Assembly: GCA_964247055.1 (NCBI GenBank) | Contig: OZ176052.1 | Coordinates: 12,276,001-12,340,000, forward strand | From: Paragordius varius | Taxonomy: Eukaryota; Animalia; Nematomorpha | Length of the DNA stretch: 64,000 bases | Direction of reading: 5' to 3' | The notes under the pieces: model-generated | Told to the model about the DNA's origin: nothing | Databases searched by the model: none | The model's input: the letters and a program-made list of their open reading frames with translations, nothing else | In this document: positions 51,237-63,505 of the stretch, piece after piece | Numbering within the stretch: the stretch's first letter is position 1 | Layout of the letters: each line of letters starts with the position of its first letter | Made by a program: the position numbers and the translations under genes

Positions 51237-52022
51237 ATATGCCAACTCGTCTTTACGGTTTACAAACTTTTCTAATTCTGGAGAACTCCAGTCCTGGTTG
51301 TTTAACGCTTTAATTACTTTTTGTAATACTGAATCTAATGCGGTTTCTTTTCGAATTTCATCTCTGCTTAACCGCACGTTATGACAATTAAACAATCTCA
51401 AATATCTGGTAACCGCATAATCTTCATCATAGGCAACGATCTCGTCAATCGGCCATCTCGATAAATAATCAGCTCTATTTTGAGCCCCTTTTTGATGACT
51501 TTTTTCAAAGTCGTATTCATTTATCATATTAATCCACCTTAGTATTTTAGCATTATGTATCTCTTTTAAATTTCGACCTCTATTTATTAACTTTAATAAA
51601 GGTAAATGGTCAGTTAATATAATAAATTTTCTACTATATATGAAACTATGAAACTTTCGTAACGCAAAAATATTGCTTTTAATTCCTTCTCTATATTGGA
51701 ATAATTCCTATCATAGTATCCTTTCACCATTAACTTCCTGACTTAAAATACATCCGAATCCTAAATCTGACGCATCAGTTTCTATTATCAATTTCCTATT
51801 CGGATTATATGGTGTTAAAAATACTTTTTCGCTTACAAATTCTTAGCTGCTAACCAGCTTTTCTCATGTTTCTCGGTCCAACACCATCTCGTATTTTTAC
51901 TAGTTAATTCATGTAAGAGACCGACTATCATTTGTAATTTTGGTATAAAGCGTTTATGAAATGTCAAAAAACTTAAAAAACTACGTAATGACTTTTATCT
52001 ACCGGCCTTTTTAGTTCCTTAA
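51237..52022 (-). mobile_element. Second, paralogous Gypsy pol fragment (RT end, RNase H, start of integrase) abutting the 5' LTR
   Basis: Direct diverged duplicate of about 48149-48933. It is open (KGAQNRADYLSR) where the main copy is frameshifted. Confidence 0.9.
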
Positions 52023-52897
52023 TTAAAATGTATTATGAAGGAGATGGCTATACACTGGAAAACTAAATTGAGTGAGCACAGTAGGTTCATCGCATTCGTT
52101 AAAAGTTAAAAAAGCTTACAAGATTTTTAAAAATAGTTCTTTAGACGCGATTTTGTGCGGCTCTTATTATTCATGACATGGGGCTTTTTGGTGTTTGCTC
52201 AAAAAGTTACCCGTCTATAACGCGGCGCATTAATGATAAAAAAATCATTTTAAAAATCCTTATGAGGTTCCAGAAAATTGGCATAAGGCTATATTGGCTC
52301 TGATTTTCCTTTCAAATCGTTTTTACTGGCATAAAACCGTAAAATACTGGGTATTCCATATGGATTTGTTCATCTTTTATAATAGAATCAATGCCAAATC
52401 AGTATAATTTTAAATAATTTGGTTGCCCAAGATTAAAATATCGATGGATTTGTAAAATGCACCCAAAATATTTTATCAGTTACTCCAGTTAGAGCATTGA
52501 CCGATAATAGTAATTAGAATTGTTTCTAGATCGCATTAATGGTCGGTTTTGGATACAGAATGTAAACCCTATTCTTGTTTGGGAAAAAATCGTTTTTAAA
52601 ATTTTTTAATCTCCGCAACCAAAAAATGATTTTGAATAATTTAAACTCATATAGTTGGGTTATTCGGAAAATTCATTTATTTGTAAAAAATAAATAAAAA
52701 ACTTCAATTGCGCATTTTAAATTGCTTTTATGGCCAAAATAAAATTAATAAAAATATATATCTCATCGCATAATTTAACGCATAAAAGAATTACTCTAAG
52801 TATATTTCGTTTTTAAAAATTGACAATAAAAAATTGTCATGACATTGATAAAAGATGTATAAAAAAATAGAATAAGCGATTCTAAAAACTCTTAACC

Positions 52898-54871
52898 ATG
52901 CCTAAAACGCTTATTAAAAAACGCTCTCCACAAAAATTCCTACTTTTTGATAAAAGTTTGAAAATTCTAGGTTCTCCTACAAAGGAAACCCAGCAACACC
53001 AAGAAGAAAAATCACCAAAGAAGTCAAAATCTTTTTTCTCATGCAAATCTAATTTTTCTATATTTTTAGGTTGCTGTCAAACGAAAAAGGTAGTCAAAAA
53101 CCCGCAAGATGCAAATCAATCAAAACACCCGTCACCCAACGATGATGTTTCAGCTAAAACACAAGCAAAACTCAAGAGTGATGAAAAAGTTATATTGAAA
53201 ACTGAAGTTGAAAGTAATATTTTCAATAAATTAATTGAAACATTTTGGTTTAATCTCATCTTATATTGATCTAATAACTTATATAGATAGCGGAAATGAT
53301 AAAAATATCATTCAAAAGGGATCGAATCTACCGTCGAAGAAAAAAGTTTCAAAACTTCAAAAATTAAAAGGACTCTTTACAAGTTGTTGCAAGAAAAAGA
53401 AAAATAACTTAGAGTATGAAATCAGCGAAACACCGCTGCCCACTCCCACAAATGATCTAAATGGTAATGTATTAGAAAAGAATCCCCAGAATACAAAATT
53501 AGACTTGAACGTTGAAAAAGGCGAGACCCTGCCTTTCTCACATAGATATGAAAATGACACGATGCCCCTTCAAGCTTATTGTATAAACGAAAATATATTG
53601 CAAAACAATCAAAATACCATAGACTTGAACGCTGAAAAAAACGAGGTCCTGCCTTTGTCACACAGTTATGAAAATGGCACGCCCCCTCAGGCCTATTACA
53701 TAAATGAAAATGTATTGGAAAACGAGTACGAAAAAACGAAATTAGATTTAGACGTTGAAAAAGACGAGGCCTTGTCTTTCTATAACAGTGTTAATAAAAA
53801 GGAGGCGAATGTATATATTAATTTAGAAACAATAGATAACGCGTATCAAGCTAAGGAAAATGAATCCCAAACAATATGTGAACAATATCTTGGTGAACGT
53901 AACGAATGCGGAGATCAACCCAATTATAAAATTGTAAAAGAGAAAAAACCGATAGGTATCATCAATAAGGGGAATACATGTTATGCCAATAGCATAATAC
54001 AAGCCCTTTACTCAATGCCTGATTTCCTACATGTGATAAAATCGGAAAGCCAATTAGACACAATTTTAAAAAACATATTCAATGGTTTAAACGACCATCA
54101 AGATGTCGATGTTCCCGGTCTGTTGAAGTCCTTAAACTGTAAATTTGTTTTAATTAAATATAGATTGGAACCACAAAATAAATAAAAGTGCCATGGAAGA
54201 TTGTCATGAGGTTTTACTCAATTTAATTAGCTCCCTTTCTGAAAAGAATGATTCCGTTAAAAAATTATTTAACACCACCCTTAAATTAACAAGTACTGGA
54301 TTATTAATTTGTAGCGAAATGCTGTTATTGCGATAACGTGTCATACAAATTGGAGGAAAGTATTGGGTTAAGTCTACCGATTTGCAACTATCAATCGGTT
54401 TCCGATTGCTTAACTTCCTATTTTGAATCAGAACTATTGGAAGATTTTATTTGCCCTAAGTATTATATTTTATCTATATAAAGTTGCTCCGAAGTGGGAA
54501 CTGTCACCAGACAAACGGAATTGTTTGAAATGCCGACAATACTCATTATTCATTTACAAAGGTTTGACATCAAAGGCAAGAAAGTTAATAAATCCGTTGA
54601 AAATGATTTGGAACTCAACATCCCAGCATTGGGCTCTGTCTTTTCAACCAATTTAATTGGAATGTTGTCACACGAGGGAAGATCGTCAAATATAGGTCAT
54701 TATGTCGCGTATTGTTTACGTGATAAATGGTTTCTATTTGACGATAAAAAGGTAAAAAATAGAACAAGTAAAGAAGTGCGTAAAGTTAAGTCCTATGTGC
54801 TCTTCTATAAATATTTAGATTTTTGTGACCAATTTGCAGAAAGGAGTAGCAGTAAAGTTGGGCTTCTTTGA
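52898..54871 (+). CDS. Ubiquitin-specific protease (peptidase C19), paralogue C, apparently intact
   Basis: Cys box GIINKGNTCYANSIIQAL, MEDCHE, two CxxC finger motifs (CCYC, CPNC), LIIHLQRF, His box HEGRSSNIGHYVAY and WFLFDD. Introns 54139-54163 (25 nt), 54293-54314 (22 nt) and 54460-54483 (24 nt) restore one frame. The N-terminal exon structure near 53000-53290 is uncertain. Confidence 0.9.
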
Positions 54872-55642
54872 TAAACGACTTCCTTGCTACATCATATCAT
54901 GCAACACAAAACATTAAAGGTTAATTTTAGACGTATCAGTTACTTGTAATGATGCTAATGTTGTATCATATATGTTTAACAAGGTTTATTCTCCGAACGG
55001 TCAATGGGAGCAATGATTGATATCAGCGCAAATGGACAAGCCAAAATGTCATGCCTTTCAAAGCCATCCTGCAATCTCCCAAAGCACGAAGAACCAAAAC
55101 ATATACATTGTTTACATATATATATTAAAATATCAGACTCTGTGATTCTTTGTTTATTATGCAATAAATGGTAGTTTTTGTGGTTTTTAAATGAATTTTA
55201 AATTGTTTTCATTAAAAAGGGGCTTTCTATGAAATAGGGTTTATCATAGCATTTTCTAAACTGTGATGATTTCCTATTTACTGTATTGTTAATGGATTTC
55301 TTTTAACCAATTAGATGATTTTAGTCTGGCTAAACTTTTGCAAAAAATAATTTATGAGTTTATTTATTTATTAACAATTTTCATTTAATATAGGACAAAA
55401 CCTTGTAAACCTCGTTTAAACAGTTGCTTAATTATCAATCTAACCACTGATATTTCAAACTCAAAAAAATAAAATATATATGGAAATTTTCAGTGATATA
55501 AAATTAGGTTCCGCTCAATGTGTCTCTAATATTTAACAATTTTATTTCGAACCTACATTTATTGGTATTTTGTTAAGTTTATCAAATTTTTTTACGGGGG
55601 CACATTCAAAAATGCAAGCTAGGTTAAGCGCATTCGTTAAAT

Positions 55643-57560
55643 CAGTGGTACTCAAACCGCGTCCCGCGGGCCACATGCGGCCCTAAGAGTGCTTTAAAAT
55701 TGCCTTATGACCATATTGATACTTAAATCATATTTTTTATTGATTATTAATACATATAAAATGTATTTTCGTTTATTTTAATATCAATTTATTTTCTGTA
55801 GAAGTAATTTTGGTAATTTTTTATTATCCAATTTGAAATGTAGAAAAATTTCCCTACATTAACACTTGGATACAACACACTCATTTTAGTCCTTCGATTC
55901 AAATTGGGGTATTTGGATACCCCAGGCCTGTTAAAATCAAATAGTTAAAAAAGTATGGAAGGAATCGAAACCATGGCAAAATTTTGCACTTATTTAACAT
56001 TAATAAACGGAAATATATAAAAAATTTTATTCAAAAATACTTAATATTAAGCAAAAATCGAAAGGTAAAAATTTCGTCAACGTGACATGTCTCAAATTGT
56101 AAAATTAAAAAATAATACAAAATAAACCGTACTTCAATTAATGTTAGATGTATTTTATATAAAAAATAAGTTTTAGTTTTACTCTTAAAATTAAATAAAG
56201 ACGATATTTTGCAAAATTTTGCAAAATAAAAATGGCGTCGAAGTATTTTGAGATGGAACTTTTTTTTCAAAACAAAATTTTATCAAGGTATTTTGGCATA
56301 TTTATATAATATTTATCAGGAGAGAAGCATAAATTTAAATTGGGACCGTTTCCTTCAGTAGTTTTATAAAAATATTAATTTAAATTTAGTCTGGGGTAGT
56401 TAGATGCCCCAATTTGAATCGAAGTGTTAAAATGATTTCAATTCGGCACACGTTGTTTTTGTTTCTGTTATTTTCTTTTTTTGACATTTTTTGCATTCTT
56501 TTTTGTGTTTAAGCAAGCCTTTTACCTAAACTTGCAAATACATATTATTTTTATTGCTATTTCTATAACTCATTCCCATAAAATATTTTTCAATACATCA
56601 TTAAATTTTCTGTCCTTTTATAACATAATTTAAATTTTATTTCTATTTTTTCAAAAAATTTACATAATATTTAAACATAAATTCAAAGAATGACATCGAC
56701 ATCTAATGCTAAAAAACGTAAATTTTTCGATGAAAATCGCTCTTTTAAAAAAGAATTGTGAGAAAAAATTCTTTGTCGTTTTAAATAAAAATGTAACCTG
56801 CCTTATACATGTAAGGACAACATAAATATCGAAAGACATTTTACAATCCATCATCATACCAGAAAATCAGGAGGAAAGAAACGAAAATTATAAAAAAATT
56901 AAGGAATTATACCAGAAAAGAAATCTTGTCCATAGCTTTCTCCCAGAAAAAAGCTGTATTAGCTTCGTATGAAATTTGCTATATTCTAAAAAAACCTTTA
57001 CTGATTCCCAACTAATATAAGAATGTCTTATAAATAGTTACTCTTTTTTATTTGATAAATTTTGTAATAAAGATCAAATCATGAGGCAAATTAAAAAACT
57101 TCAACTTTCTGATTCAACATGTGTTCGACGCATTGAAGATATGTCTAAATATATTTTTAACAATACATTATTGGCTCTGAAATACAGCACAAATATTTAA
57201 AAGTTGATATTGATTCTAGCACTGATATTAGTTCGACCCCTCAATGTGCTCTCTTCGTGAGATTTTGAAACGAAAACATAATCAACGAGGAATATTTAAA
57301 ATGTTTAACAATGAATAATACCACGAAAGGAAGTGATTTTCTCGAAATAATTAACACTTTTTTCGATAATAATAGTATATCTATGAAAAAATTGGTTTCG
57401 ATCTGCACAGATGGCTGTCCCTCTATGATTGGAATGAACCAAGGATTTATTCCTCTTTTGCAAAACAATATAATTTAAATTTATTTCAAAAATGTGCTCA
57501 AATTTAGCCATTTTCTGATATGGATCTACCAAAAGAGTTTAAATAACTTCTATCAATCGT
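55643..57560 (+). mobile_element. Decayed hAT Buster/SPIN-like element (paralogue of 11520-13161) carrying a TTAA MITE
   Basis: CAGTGGTACTCAAACCGCG terminus. Broken transposase MTSTSNAKKRKFFDENRSFKKE..., VTCLI and LVSICTDGCPSMIG. Confidence 0.82.
55863..56426. mobile_element. TTAA-target MITE (piggyBac-like), 564 bp
   Basis: TTAA|CACTTGGATAC ... GAATCGAAGTG|TTAA. The empty site with a single TTAA is at 12942-12945 in the paralogous hAT. Confidence 0.85.
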
Positions 57561-57885
57561 GAAGGCCAAAGTTAATAGGACTATGATAATTCTGATATAT
57601 TTTCTTTCAGAATATATATATTTTAGCTTATTTTTTATAAGCCCCGATTTTAGATGCAGTGTAACTTTGTTTGACACATATTGAAAGTTAAAAATTGTTG
57701 TATGAATTTTGTCAACATTATTTTAAACAATTTCATAAGATTGTTGATAATGATACATTTTTAGTTCATTTATTAATTTTTGCATTGCATTATAATCATT
57801 ATAATTTTTATATATAATATTTTTAGATCAATGGCTAATAAATTATACGGTAATCATTTTTTTATTTTTCCATGCCCATGCTTAT

Positions 57886-60800
57886 TCATTTCGCATGGAC
57901 AAAGCCATTATAAACATTTTTTGGTTGTCCCGAGGTTGGTTCTGCACTACAACAATTCCAACAATTTGTCTCGTTATTTCTTTGAGTTGCTGCATTCGGG
58001 GTGGGTGAACGGTGACGTGGTACTTGAGCAAATCTTGGGTTATTGATGTTTGAGGGCGGTCGTGCAAAGTTTGGCGGTAGCGGCATTGGTGGTTTCAACG
58101 GTCTTGAAGGCGGTGGTAGATTTTGAAGACCAGTAGATGGGGAAAAAGCGGGAGCTCTAAATCTCGGCTGAGACAACGGCGGTCTAAACATTAAACCTTG
58201 ACGGGGTGGAAGGAAAGGCGGTGTTGTATTAATTGGTGTGGCGGATGTAGGCGGTTTACTCATTAATGAACCTTGACGAGGGGGAAGGGGTGGCGGTGTG
58301 GTATGTGTTAATGTAGATGAATCTGTAAAATCACTCTCACTTTCAACCGTTAAAAGCTTGTTCATTCCCTTCTTACAATTTTGATAGGGGGTGGAAGAAG
58401 ATTCACTACTGGTTGCAAAGACTTTAGGTTTTTCTTCTTTTGAGTAAATGTTTTTCTCCCTTTGCTTTTTACTTCCATTCTTTTGTTTCCCATTTCCATC
58501 AGCGGTCTTAGATTGCTTTTGTTCTGTAAATTAAATAAAAATGATTTTTTAAGGATTATTATCATGGATATGACCACAGTGAATATAAATAATTACTATT
58601 TAAGAGGCATATTAAAAAAATTCTATAAAATAAACCCATATATCTACATTATTTTAAGAGACAACAATAAATGTTTTAAAAAATTAAATTATTTCTTTTC
58701 TCTAATAATTAACTATTAATGATCTATTATTCATTTAGTTGTTTCTTAGGAAAACAACTCCGATAAAATGATATATTTTTATATGCAACTTTTGTTTTTG
58801 GGTTTTGAAGTGAGATCAGAGAGGGAATCCACATTTAGTCCTGTATGTTTTTTCAACAATCTCTTGGCGATTTGTTTTTCAATATTGCGCTCTCTACACC
58901 GTTCATTATTAAATGTCTCATATATAGATTGCAAGTTTTGCGAAACTTGTTGAGAATATTCCGCTAGCTGTTGGCAAATTTGGGCTTCTTGGCGTAAAAC
59001 CTCCTCAAAATTAAGCGAAGTCAATTTATTTTTTCTATTTTGTGTGGATATGGCGGTTCCTTGTAATATACATGGGCCAGGTTTTGTCTGTTGCCAAAGC
59101 TCAAATGGACTGGGTCTGTAGATTGTCCAACTGTCATTCGGTTTATACTTAATTGGCGGTTTCTGCTCCTTTTGTCCCTCTACGCATTTTTCATCTCCAT
59201 TTCCGTTTTCGTACGGATATTTATTGGGTGAATTAATTGCTGATTCATTACTGCCATCTTGCACATAATTATCAAGCCACATACCGAGTAATGTCTGTAT
59301 AGAAAGAAAGGGGAATGTTTGTTGCAACTTACTGATTTCTGGGGTATTCGACAATAAACTTGTATCTAAAATGTTTTGACTTCCTGTTTCGTTAAAGGCA
59401 GTATTTGAAGTAATTGGCGATTGTATCTGGTAAGTAATATATTTAGTAGTATTAGCGTAATTTTGCGAATTATTTTGTGGATCGCTAAAATTTTGTTAAA
59501 ATTTGGGCTTATGTTAGTAATATTACTTTCTATGATTTATCGGTTGGGGTTTAGCCAAATCGTTCCCATAGGCATTTAACAACAAACTTAGGTTCAAACC
59601 ATTTTCACTGATTGTTTTGATAATTAGGGCGGTATTAAAGTATTTATTATTCTCTATCAATTATTACTCTCATTAGGCGTAATTTTATTTTGATGATCTG
59701 CAAAGAGTATAATACAATCACCCCAACTGTGGGGAAACAATTTGGCTATTAACCCCAACCCCATAAGTCATATAAAATAAATGCCAACATAGGCCCAAGT
59801 TTTTACAAAACAACTCATATAAATATGATTGATTAAAAAACCATTAACGGTTAACTCTATACACTGTTTAGTTTTTTTAACTCAAAGGTAACCAAGTTAT
59901 TCCGGTACTAATATTTGAAAAGAAAATAGTACAATTTTAGAGGTATTTTTTGCGAGGCCATAAAAGGACAAATCAATAAAATCTGTTCATCTCTTATATT
60001 ACAGCTGGATTGATGTTGGTACATTCTATTGTATCTTTCTTAATAAGGTCAACTGCTAAAACTAATAAGCCTACCATTAATTTATAATTAACATCAATAA
60101 AAAAATTATATTTTTTAATAAATGATAATAGTAGTACGATAACCGGTAATAAAACGCATTTGGGCCACAATTTGTTAGTGTGGTCTATTTAAGTTCTGTC
60201 CACAAACAATAGCATTAGATAATTCTAAAATATATTCATCAAAATATTCCAAATATAATTTTTGGGAGGTTATTTTCGCTTTACTTACCTATCAACATAT
60301 GATTTTATTACTCGTATGAAATATAAGTCCCCAATTATTTTTACAACGAAAATGTTGTGCGTACCGGAGAATCCAATAATTTAATTTATTTGATCTCACG
60401 TCCCGAGGAAATCAAATACAGCTTCTACCTTTGCTCTATGTGGAATCAATTCAAAATACACTTCTTTTAGCCTGGTAGTATCATTATATTTGACACCCAT
60501 TCAATTAGATCTAGCAAAGTAGTATATTCAGACAAATAGACTGTGTCTTGCCGACACTGCCAGATTTTCAAGGAAGTTCGCAATAATCCATGAATTTAAT
60601 AGAAATTTGGCTCAATATCGGCAAGACACATCTACTCTGTCTGAATATACTACTTTGCTAGATCTAACTGAATGGGTGTTAAATAATGATACCACCAGGC
60701 TAGAAGAATTGTATTTTGGTAAAATTATACCACGTAGAGGGAAGGAAGGGGATATAGTTGATTTCTTCGGGACGCGAAATCAATTGAATGAGTGTAAGAA

Positions 60801-61461
60801 AAATACAGTACTGGATTTTCCGGTACTTACAATTTTTTCATTGTAACCAATGGGGACTTATATTTCATACGAGTAATAAATGAATATATTGACAAGTTTT
60901 AGAATTTAATGATTTACTATGTGTTATGCAAATCTGAAAGATATACTTTGTTTTTATATCATAATTTTCTGTGTTACATGCAAATGTGAAATACATACCT
61001 TGGTTGTATATCATAATTTTCACCGTTATTTGAATTGTATTATTTTCTATATTTTTTGTGTACTATGTAAATATTATATCCTTTGTTACTTGAAATTTTA
61101 TTGATATAATGCAAATTATGTACAACTAAAATTAGTATATATGAACCCTAAAAAACCGAATAAATTAATTTCTTATTTCTTTATTATCTCCTCACCTAAC
61201 ATTTACAAGTTAACACTGTGTCAGCTTTAGTGTCATCCATTGTTTTAGGCGAAACATTGTTGATTGCATTTTGATACTTGTTATTGGGAGATGAAATGGC
61301 GGGGGAGTAAGGATGGGGAAATGTATTTGTTGTATTTAATTGAACAGGTGATGAAACATTTTGTGGGGACGAATTAAAAGTTTGAAGATTTGAATTTTTT
61401 TCATCCAACATAGTACTACATTGGTCATAGGGTTTTTGGCATTGCAAACTATAAAACTCAT
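57886..61461 (-). pseudogene. Orphan proline-rich protein, paralogue C (exons 2-3 open, exon 1 frameshifted and rearranged)
   Basis: Exons 59426-58790 and 58523-57886 are open and spliceable. Exon 1 (ATG at 61461) has a 4-nt deletion early on and is separated from its donor by extra sequence and a hairpin. Confidence 0.65.
60305..60885. repeat. Imperfect inverted duplication (two arms of about 280 bp, centred near 60590)
   Basis: GGCAAGACAC...TCTGAATATACTACTTTGCTAGATCTAA...CCGGTAC...GGGGACTTATATTTCATACGAGTAATAAA is present on both strands. Confidence 0.9.
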
Positions 61462-63505
61462 TATTGATCAATTAGATCCTTGTACTATTTAAAGTAATTT
61501 GAAATATATAATTACAAAAATATACATTACTGAATAATTATGTATGACGATGTCTCTGATTGTAAAACCACGTAGACATGATGCAATAAGGAATTAATAA
61601 AACTTTAAATCAATGTAAATAGAAAAATGATAAAATATGTATAATATTAATTTTGCATAATTTTGGTAGAATAGAATGAGAATGCTTTTCTGGTCAGTTA
61701 TCCATTTTCCAAACTTTCAAATGTGTTTGTCGCATTTTTTGTCCAAAAATATAAAATATCTAATATTAATAAAGATTTATTGAATGTCTAAATATAATTG
61801 TATTACCAGAAAATCAATGTATATTGATTTCGGTATCCATATAGAAGTTGTGTTATAATAGTGTCTCTCTAAGTTATCTGCAATACTCTTTTCGAAAAAT
61901 ATTTTTCATTTTTGTTTTGAGGTTATAAGTATGTATAAAATGTGAATTGGGTGTTTGACTTTATACAAGAAAACGTAGAAGGCTTAAATTGATATATTAA
62001 GATAATATAAAAATTCCATATTCGATATGTCTATTCGCACAGGAATTTATTAACAGAACGCTACGGTCGAAGCGTCTCAACTGTCCCAGAGCTACGAGTT
62101 ATCCAACATCTTTTATAATAACAATGTGATTGCCATTGTGAAATATAAAATTGAGCTTGGTATTAATTCGTCTGTGGGTAGACTCGGAGCCTATGTCAAT
62201 CCAATAAAGTTTTGGGAATTTAATTAAAAAATCTCAAAATTATTTATCCCCCGCATAGCTTACTCTGGGTTATGGTATAACAAGCACAAATATAATAGAA
62301 AGATACACATTTTTATAAATAAATGCCTACATGGCACCTTTTGCAATATAATCTCCCCTTTATAGAAATCACAACTTCCTACCTGTCACATCCACATAAA
62401 CCTTGATACATCCCATAAGGTTGACCAGCCCTTTAGCTTAGTGGTTCCTTAAAGAAAAAGTAAACTATTGAATTCGCATGGGTCTACAGATTTAAAATTG
62501 CTTTATCATTATATTAAAGACCTGTTTTCACCCTAAGTGGTAAGTTAACCGGTAATTTAAAAACTTAGTCAATGAATTCAAAACAGTGTAAAAAATATAC
62601 TCTTGAGCTTTCATGGCCTACACGCTTCCATAAAATTACTTCCACGTCAATATTTAACCATAGCCCCTATTTTCACACTCAACTAAGCTAACTTGAAAGG
62701 CTAATTTTAAAAAATGGCTCAGTCACTTTCGGCGCAATTGTTAAACAATAAAAATCATGCCAGGCCCACACCTTTTCCGGGGTCGTGTTTCAAGGCCAAA
62801 AATCATCAAAAAAAATATTTTTACATGGGCGGTGCGGAACTGAGGGGCTAATCTCAAAAAATGAGTTAGTCACCCTCGGTGCATTTGTTATAAAAAGTAC
62901 ACAATTGAAACAGACTGCGCCTACACGCTTTACGGGAAAATCTTCAGGAGCTGGACAGAATGGCAAATTATAAAAAATGGCTTAATCACCCTCTTCGCAA
63001 TTGCAAAACAATATAAAAAATAGGCCATTCAATTTACATGGGCCTACATATTTCAAACTAATCTTCAACCTCAATTTATCTTAAACCCATATTTTCACAG
63101 TAAATGGGCTATATTGAGGGAATATTAAAAAGCTAACTAACTATGCCCATTCGGAATACGCCAAAGCCAATAATTCTTGCTTTTTTCATAAGTCTAGGGC
63201 TAAAATGTGGGCTTAATTAAAAAAGCGCTTAGTCATATTCAGCTCATTTGTAAAGCTTTAAAAAAGTATTGAAATTGAATACACGTTTTCTGGAAATGTT
63301 TATCCCAGACTAAATTCAAGTTAGAATTTTTAAAAACTACTGAAGGAAACGGTCCTAATTTAAATTTATGCTGCTATATTTATATAAATTATATAAATAT
63401 TCTAAAATATCTATTTAAAATTTTGTTTGAAAATAAAGTTCAGTGTCCAACTACTTCGACGCCATTTTTATTTTATAAAATTTTTGCAAAATATCGTCCA
63501 TTTAA

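Larger units (their letters stand above)
52030..62050 (-). repeat. Inverted unit C of the USP/orphan array
   Basis: 52030-55600 is the reverse complement of about 16900-20450, 55643-57560 of 11520-13161, and 57780-62050 of about 27700-31200. Confidence 0.88.

Noticed and set aside
62050-62700. Possible coding or transposase remnant
   Set aside because: No frame gave a motif I could support.
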